Below are positions 45,680 through 51,238 of a stretch of 51,238 nucleotides of DNA, one piece after another. Below the pieces are notes generated by a model. The model had not been told where the DNA came from. It did no database searches and was given only the letters and a program-made list of their open reading frames with translations. The first letter of the stretch is position 1. Each line of letters starts with the position of its first letter. Source of the DNA: a bacterium (GTDB lineage Bacteria; CLD3; SB21); the NCBI GenBank assembly GCA_031402315.1, contig JANNSF010000175.1:1-51238 (forward strand). The letters run 5' to 3'. The translations under genes were made by a program, and so were the position numbers.

Positions 45680-46519
45680 TTACAATTCAAATGAATCAAA
45701 CGGGCTTTTAACTCTGGATTTAGAAGCATCCGTAATATGCGTATAAATTTCAGTAGTCCGGATCGATTGATGCCCCAATAAATCTTGAATATATCTAATG
45801 TCGGTCCCGTTTTCCAATAGGTGTGTCGCAAAACTGTGGCGAAGGGAATGAACACTCGCCTTCTTCGCTATTTTGGCGCGTTGTAGGGCTTGCTTAAAGA
45901 CCAATTGGACACTTCGTGCGGAATAGACCTCATTGTTTTGACCTTCAAACAGATAGTCTTTAGGCCGGTATGCTTCGTAGTAACTTCTTAAGAGGACCAG
46001 AAGGTTCTCAGACAGCATGACCTCTCGATCTTTCTTTCCCTTCCCGTTTTCGATACGAATCCTCATACGTCCGCTATCGATACACGCGAGCTTCAGTTGA
46101 ATACACTCCGATAGTCGCAGTCCGGCGCTATAGATCAGCGCAAGTATCGTTTTGTGCTTGAGGTTCTCGGTCAATTGAATTAGTTTTTGAATATCTTCTT
46201 TGGATAGCACATGAGGTAATTTTGATTCTGTTCTCTTGGGATAAAGATGTTTTAGATCAAACCGGATATGGAATACTTCTTTATAAAATAGTGCGATGGT
46301 TGCGACTAATTGTTTTTGATAGCTTTGAGAAATTTTTTTATGTTCAACACAGTACAAGATGTATTTTTCGATTCGATTGATGGGTATCTCCTTAGGGTCT
46401 ATACCCTTAAAATCTTTAATCAAAACAGCGATGGCACTCAGGTATGTGCGAATACTATTAGGACTGTAGCGAAGAATAATCAGGCGCTTTTCGAATTTGT
46501 CTATTTGAGGTTGAAACAT
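45680..46519 (-). CDS. Tyrosine site-specific recombinase (XerC/D-IntI-like clade, without the IntI-specific insertion)
   Basis: SAM-like N-domain (YSPNSIRTYLSAI). The catalytic residues appear in order: AGLRLSE (Arg), KGKKDREV, HSLRHSFAT (His-x-x-Arg), LLGH and EIYTH (Tyr). The tail is ..VKSPFD. The start is set at the ATG at 46519 (MFQPQIDKF); the ORF is open to 46594. Confidence 0.85.
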   Translation of the reverse strand: MFQPQIDKFEKRLIILRYSPNSIRTYLSAIAVLIKDFKGIDPKEIPINRIEKYILYCVEHKKISQSYQKQLVATIALFYKEVFHIRFDLKHLYPKRTESKLPHVLSKEDIQKLIQLTENLKHKTILALIYSAGLRLSECIQLKLACIDSGRMRIRIENGKGKKDREVMLSENLLVLLRSYYEAYRPKDYLFEGQNNEVYSARSVQLVFKQALQRAKIAKKASVHSLRHSFATHLLENGTDIRYIQDLLGHQSIRTTEIYTHITDASKSRVKSPFDSFEL

Positions 46520-46678
46520 AAAAACCTTCGTTAATCTGCCAAATTTAATACAATTAGCGAAGATAACAAAGGCAATATTAACGAAATTGCGCATAACTAG
46601 GCGTTACCAGTAATGCTATGACGACAGTGCAGACCATCAACGACAGAAAAAAAAATGAACAGACGAGCCAACGCTTCA

Positions 46679-46742
46679 GCAAAATCAAAAGAGCTGCAAC
46701 CCCACCCACAAGCCGACACAGTTGCAGCACATTTGATTTTGC
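46679..46742. repeat. Imperfect palindrome E1 (22-nt arms, 20-nt loop) in the integrase/helicase divergent intergenic region
   Basis: gcaaaatcaaaagagctgcaac (46679-46700) pairs with gttgcagcacatttgattttgc (46721-46742) at 20 of 22 positions, with two A-A mismatches. It is flanked by direct copies of CCAACGC at 46668-46674 and 46744-46750. Confidence 0.7.
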
Positions 46743-46776
46743 TCCAACGCACTATAAAATTTAGTAACCTTGTAAT

Positions 46777-49700
46777 ATGACAGATTTAGTTTTTTTAAAA
46801 GCATTAAGGGACAAACTCAAAGGTGGTAACACACGGTCAATTCATTTGAATGTGTTGCCAGGACGGTTTGCGACACGGCTTGACTTAGCTAATCTGAATT
46901 ACATCCGACCCGACTTTGCAGAAAAATTTCTTGACCAACTTTTGACCACCGCTTGTTTTGACTTCAAAATTTCTTTTGACGGAATTGATTTAAACTCCAT
47001 TCAGTCAGACGAACAAAAGCGACTTGGACTTTTATCAAAGCGGTTAAACTCTCTCAACATTGAAAATGAGGACAACTACAAAGAACACGGAATAAAAACT
47101 TTCGGTTTTGGTTTTCCTATTCTCATAAAGCCATCAAAGCAAGACCCGAAGAAAATTATTAAAGCTCCACTTTTCATTTGGCAGTTAGAAATAATCAAGG
47201 CGACAAACAAAGTCAACACGTGGTCAATCCTTCGCAACAAGACACGAAACGAAAACGGAAAAATTATTGACGAAGAAGTTCACTCTGTTGAACTAAACGA
47301 AGTATTACTTTCATTTTTAAAGACAGATGAGAGTATTTCTATTCCTCAAATAAATGAAGACCTTTTGGAAGATGCAGTGATTGACCAAAAGGAATTGATT
47401 GAAGAATGTTACAAAGTGCTGAAAGCACTTAACACAAACGCAACGACCAGCATCAAAGAAAGTTTGCTTGCGAAATTCAAAGAACCATTAAGAAACATTC
47501 CAGAATCATCAGCTTTGGAATCAGTTTCGGGCAATATCCCTTGGATACATTTTGGCGGAGTGTTCGGATTATTCCGAACACAAAAAGAAAGTATCATCAC
47601 CGACATTGATAAAATCATTGACAAGTTTGATGAATTTGATTTTGAAAATTTGGAGGTAGAGAATTTTTCGGGAACTGCACACAGTGCAGTTGAGACCGAC
47701 CCAAGCCAACAAGAAATTCTCACGACATTAGGAATTGAGCCAAAGAAAATAATTCAGGGTCCACCCGGAACGGGAAAAAGTCAATCGCTAACAGCACTTA
47801 TCACAAATGCTTTAGCGAACAATTTAAAATGCCTTGTTGTGTGCGAAAAGAAAACCGCACTTGATGTAATCAAAAACAATCTACACAGAGAGAACGACCA
47901 ATTAGGGGCATTGGCAGCAGTTGTTGAGGACATTAACAAAGATCGAGACGGAATAGTAAATTCTGTTCGTGACCGATTGGGCAACCTTTCACAATACGCA
48001 AGTTTCAATCAAACGAATTACACAACAGTTCGGGAAACAGTTGAAGTAAAAGCAGCAGAACTAAACCACCAACACAAACAACTTGACAAGAAAATTTATT
48101 TAGGCAAGTCGTGGACTGAATTAGTTGGTGAGTTTTTGAAACGACAAAAGGTTGCGGACTTTGAAACATTGAAACCGAAACTTGATTACAAGCAATTCAA
48201 GTTTCAAGAAGATGAAAAAGAACTTGCTGAAATCGTCAGCAGAATAAAAACAGCAAAGAAACTTTACGCTGATGTAAAGCGGCTTGACCATCCACTTGAA
48301 ATTTTAAGTGATGCAATTTTCAAAGAAGATAATCCGAGAGCCATTCAACTAAAGTTGGAAGAACTCTCAAAGGAGACAGCCAAACAACTTGAAGAAGTAA
48401 AAGCAGAACTGCAAAAAGAAATAACAGAATACCAAAAGTGGCTTGACAGCCACTTTGGTGAATATTATTTTGCAGTCAAGCAGCAAATCACCAACTACAA
48501 AGATTTTGTTGTTTCTAATCACGAACAGTTCGGAGAATTGTTTTTTAAGAATGACGGTTTTACAAAATTCCGAATACAAACGTTGAGTATTGTTTCCAAG
48601 CGTTACAAAATGCTGAAAGGAAACAGAATTACTTTAGTCAATCAGGTTGCAGAAATAAAGCAGGTTCATCAAACGCTAAAATATTTTGAACACAGTTACA
48701 TTGAAGGCAACCACACACCTACTCTCAAAGTTTTCGTTGACAACATTGATAAGTTAAGCGACCACACAGAAGAATGGTTTAAGAACAACGAAAAAGTTAA
48801 ACAAGATTATTTGCAAAACTTTTCTTCAAATTATTTGCATCCGCTTTTCACAGACAAAACAAGTTTGCAAAACACAGAGAAAAATTTTGAACAAATCATT
48901 TCTAATATCAATCAAGAGAAACTTTTAAGACGGACTATTTCTGACACAACAAATCACAATCAGAAAATTTCCGAAACGGAAATTTTACAAACAGAAATGA
49001 AGTCCATTTCTGCAAACCTTGAAGATTTCAGAGAGTATTTTGATTGGAGAAAGTTCTACATTGAACTTACTCCATTGCAACGGACAGTTGTAAGGTCAAT
49101 CATTGAAATCAATTGCAAGAATTGGGAAACAACTTTTGAAAGTTGGTATTACCATTGGTTGCTTGCAATTGCAGAAAGCAATTTGAAAGGTTTGCCGAAA
49201 AGTGATGACAAGATTGTTGAATTGGTTGAATCAAAAGAGCAACTGAAAAAATTCCAAATCAAAAGCATTATAAATAATTGGTCAGTCCGACAATTGCAGT
49301 CAGCAAAGAGAGCACAGACACAAGGAGTAAATCCAATTAGCTTATTCAACAAACGGGGAAGCAGAGGAGAACGAAGAAACTCTTTGAGAAAAATTATCAC
49401 AACAGATTTTCAACTGTTCACTGATTTTTTTCCAGTAGTAATGTTAAGCCCGACAGTTTGCAGTTCTGTAATTCCATTAGCCGAAGGAATTTTTGATGTC
49501 GTGATTTTTGACGAGGCAAGTCAGTTGAGATTAGAAGATACCTTTCCTGCATTGCTTAGAGGAAAAATAAAAGTTGTTTCAGGCGACAGCCAACAAATGC
49601 CACCGTCAAACTTCTTTCAAGGCGGAACAGCTTTGCTAAGTCCGACAGAAGAAGATTACGATGAAGAACAAACAGCAAGTGAATCACAAACACCATCATC

Positions 49701-51159
49701 AAATCGTAATGCAAACAATTCTCTTGACCTTGCAGACAGCGAATCGCTTTTGGTTTATGCAGAGAACTGCAATTACAAGCAATCCTATTTGAAGGTTCAC
49801 TACCGTTCACAGCATCCACACTTGATTGACTTTTCTAATCATGCTTTTTATGGCAAGCGACTTATTCCAATGCCAGCGAAACAGGAATACAAACCAATTC
49901 AGTTTATTGAAGTGAACGGACTTTACGAAGACCAAGTAAACAGAGACGAAGCAAGACAAGTAGTTGACATTTTACTAAATCACATCAAGCCATTTAAGAA
50001 TGGAAAATATCCGTCAGTTGGTGTAGCAACTTTCAATTTGTATCAGCGTAATTTAATCCTTGAAGAAATCACAAAGGCAAGACAACAGAAACCCGAATAC
50101 GATAAAAAGATTGCGGACTTAGGTTCTGATTTGTTCGTGAAAAATTTAGAGAATATTCAAGGTGATGAAAGAGACATCATAATTATCTCAACAACTTTTG
50201 GAAAGAAAGCAGACGGTTCTTTTCGCCAATCGTTTGGACCGATTTTGCAACGCAACGGCTACAAACTTTTGAATGTAATTGTAACAAGAGCAAAGTATAA
50301 AGTTTTTGTATGCACTTCTATTCCGCAAGAGCATTATAACTCTTATCCAGTTCTGTTACAGCAAATGAAGAATAATGGCAGAGCCATTTTCTATTCTTAT
50401 TTGGCTTATGCCAAATCGGTAAGTGAAAATAATCTTGAAACAAAAGAATCGTTGCTAAAGCAACTCTATGAAAATTGCGAATCAAAAACTTTTGAAATCG
50501 ACCATGATGTTTACGGTTCGGAATCTCCATTTGAAGAAGAAGTTTATTACCGACTTGCTGAAAAAATTGGACAAGACCGTTTGCAACAGCAATATAAAAT
50601 CGGTGGTTTCAGAATTGATTTAATTGTGAAATCAAAAGTTACAGGCAAACCAATCATTGCTATTGAATGTGACGGAGCAAAGTATCACAGCAGCAATGAA
50701 GCGTATGCTTGGGATATGTTCAGACAATCACGACTTGAAGAACAGGGTTTTACTTTTTACAGAATATGGTCAACTAATTGGTGGTATTCAGTAGAGAAGG
50801 AATTGAAAAAAGTTGTTGCGTTTATTTCACAAGTTGACAAAGAAGAAAAGCAAGAAGATATTCTTCCACTTGACGAAGTTTTGAAAGTGAATGAAATTGT
50901 TCCAATCACTTTGCGACCAGAGACGAAAAGAAAGGTTTCGTTTGCTTCAACTGTTACAGTAAAGAATCCCGAAGGGAAAATTTTGAAAGTAAAATTTAGC
51001 AAGACACAAGCAACACAAAATGTAAAACCCGACAGCAACGGAATGATTACAGTTTATGAGAAAGCACCTTTAGCAGTTGCGATTATGAATAGAACAGAAG
51101 GCGAAGCATGTCAGTTGGGAATGTTAGAACTCTATTATGAAATATTGAAAGTAGAATGA
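46777..51159 (+). CDS. Giant DUF4011 / Upf1-like SF1 helicase fused to a DUF559 (Vsr/PD-(D/E)xK-like) nuclease domain and a Gre-like C-terminal tail
   Basis: Walker A GPPGTGKSQ (nt 47758-47784), VIFDEASQL (from 49501), GDSQQMPP, HYRSQH, QGDERDIIIIS and LNVIVTRAK. A ~580-aa insertion separates Walker A from the DEAS box. The nuclease-like block is FRIDLIV..IAIECDGAKYH..FYRIWSTNWW. The N-terminal ~300 aa are DUF4011-like (GIKTFGFGFPILI...APLFIWQLEI). Confidence 0.85.
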   Translation: MTDLVFLKALRDKLKGGNTRSIHLNVLPGRFATRLDLANLNYIRPDFAEKFLDQLLTTACFDFKISFDGIDLNSIQSDEQKRLGLLSKRLNSLNIENEDNYKEHGIKTFGFGFPILIKPSKQDPKKIIKAPLFIWQLEIIKATNKVNTWSILRNKTRNENGKIIDEEVHSVELNEVLLSFLKTDESISIPQINEDLLEDAVIDQKELIEECYKVLKALNTNATTSIKESLLAKFKEPLRNIPESSALESVSGNIPWIHFGGVFGLFRTQKESIITDIDKIIDKFDEFDFENLEVENFSGTAHSAVETDPSQQEILTTLGIEPKKIIQGPPGTGKSQSLTALITNALANNLKCLVVCEKKTALDVIKNNLHRENDQLGALAAVVEDINKDRDGIVNSVRDRLGNLSQYASFNQTNYTTVRETVEVKAAELNHQHKQLDKKIYLGKSWTELVGEFLKRQKVADFETLKPKLDYKQFKFQEDEKELAEIVSRIKTAKKLYADVKRLDHPLEILSDAIFKEDNPRAIQLKLEELSKETAKQLEEVKAELQKEITEYQKWLDSHFGEYYFAVKQQITNYKDFVVSNHEQFGELFFKNDGFTKFRIQTLSIVSKRYKMLKGNRITLVNQVAEIKQVHQTLKYFEHSYIEGNHTPTLKVFVDNIDKLSDHTEEWFKNNEKVKQDYLQNFSSNYLHPLFTDKTSLQNTEKNFEQIISNINQEKLLRRTISDTTNHNQKISETEILQTEMKSISANLEDFREYFDWRKFYIELTPLQRTVVRSIIEINCKNWETTFESWYYHWLLAIAESNLKGLPKSDDKIVELVESKEQLKKFQIKSIINNWSVRQLQSAKRAQTQGVNPISLFNKRGSRGERRNSLRKIITTDFQLFTDFFPVVMLSPTVCSSVIPLAEGIFDVVIFDEASQLRLEDTFPALLRGKIKVVSGDSQQMPPSNFFQGGTALLSPTEEDYDEEQTASESQTPSSNRNANNSLDLADSESLLVYAENCNYKQSYLKVHYRSQHPHLIDFSNHAFYGKRLIPMPAKQEYKPIQFIEVNGLYEDQVNRDEARQVVDILLNHIKPFKNGKYPSVGVATFNLYQRNLILEEITKARQQKPEYDKKIADLGSDLFVKNLENIQGDERDIIIISTTFGKKADGSFRQSFGPILQRNGYKLLNVIVTRAKYKVFVCTSIPQEHYNSYPVLLQQMKNNGRAIFYSYLAYAKSVSENNLETKESLLKQLYENCESKTFEIDHDVYGSESPFEEEVYYRLAEKIGQDRLQQQYKIGGFRIDLIVKSKVTGKPIIAIECDGAKYHSSNEAYAWDMFRQSRLEEQGFTFYRIWSTNWWYSVEKELKKVVAFISQVDKEEKQEDILPLDEVLKVNEIVPITLRPETKRKVSFASTVTVKNPEGKILKVKFSKTQATQNVKPDSNGMITVYEKAPLAVAIMNRTEGEACQLGMLELYYEILKVE

Positions 51160-51169
51160 CCCAACGCAT

Positions 51170-51236
51170 TTGGTGGCACATTTGTATTTTTTTCAACGCA
51201 CAGACCAAAGCTAAAAAAATCCAAAAGAGCCACCAA
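51170..51236. repeat. Imperfect palindrome E2, related to E1 but with the two arm types in swapped order, at the very end of the window
   Basis: ttggtggcacatttgtattttt (51170-51191) pairs with aaaaatccaaaagagccaccaa (51215-51236) at 19 of 22 positions. It shares GCACATTTG(T)ATTTT and AAAATC(C)AAAAGAGC with the E1 arms, including the same A-A mismatch pattern. Confidence 0.7.
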
Positions 51237-51238
51237 GC

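Noticed and set aside
45680-46594. Calling the recombinase a bona fide integron integrase (IntI)
   Set aside because: The overall layout and the ..SPFD tail resemble the IntI/Xer clade. However, the segment between the KGKKDR region and the HSLRHSFAT box is short, and I could not see the extra IntI-specific insertion there. It is therefore called only a tyrosine recombinase, and the integron-like reading rests on the topology and the repeats.

Overview
This 51.2-kb bacterial window may be a whole contig, because both ends fall inside features. The central block, about 4.5-45.5 kb, holds ordinary housekeeping and envelope genes. These include recG, a BrnT/BrnA-like toxin-antitoxin pair, an MFS exporter, and a secreted WD40-caspase protein divergent from a beta-propeller sensor kinase. 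Next come a two-gene RND pump, an AlkB-like/PAP2/SDR/GNAT-like lipid-type cluster, one tRNA-Lys(CUU) and 3-hydroxyanthranilate dioxygenase. The block continues with truA, a radical SAM/SPASM gene beside a Lys-rich LMW phosphatase, a porin/FMN-binding/ApbE flavinylation operon and hldD. It ends with the surE-accD-rimI-tsaB-tsaE operon and pgl. Both flanks look clearly more AT-rich on hand counts of a few 60-nt lines, and both look accessory. The left flank (1-4.2 kb) holds a 5'-truncated T9SS-sorted protein. It also holds four small unrelated minus-strand genes separated by copies of a GCAYTGGCTATARC box, one of them inside a 109-bp imperfect palindrome, so the layout resembles a cassette array. 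The right flank (45.7-51.2 kb) holds a tyrosine recombinase divergent from a 1,460-aa fusion protein. That protein combines a DUF4011 region, an Upf1-like SF1 helicase, a DUF559-type nuclease and a Gre-like tail. Its ORF is bracketed by an 8-nt direct repeat (CCAACGCA) and by two related imperfect palindromes, and the window ends inside the second palindrome. I rank this integrase-linked helicase-nuclease unit as the best candidate for an undescribed system: a single-gene immunity or anti-mobile-element module on an integron-like platform. No rRNA gene, CRISPR array or transposase was seen. All domain calls come from reading motifs by eye, with no database search.
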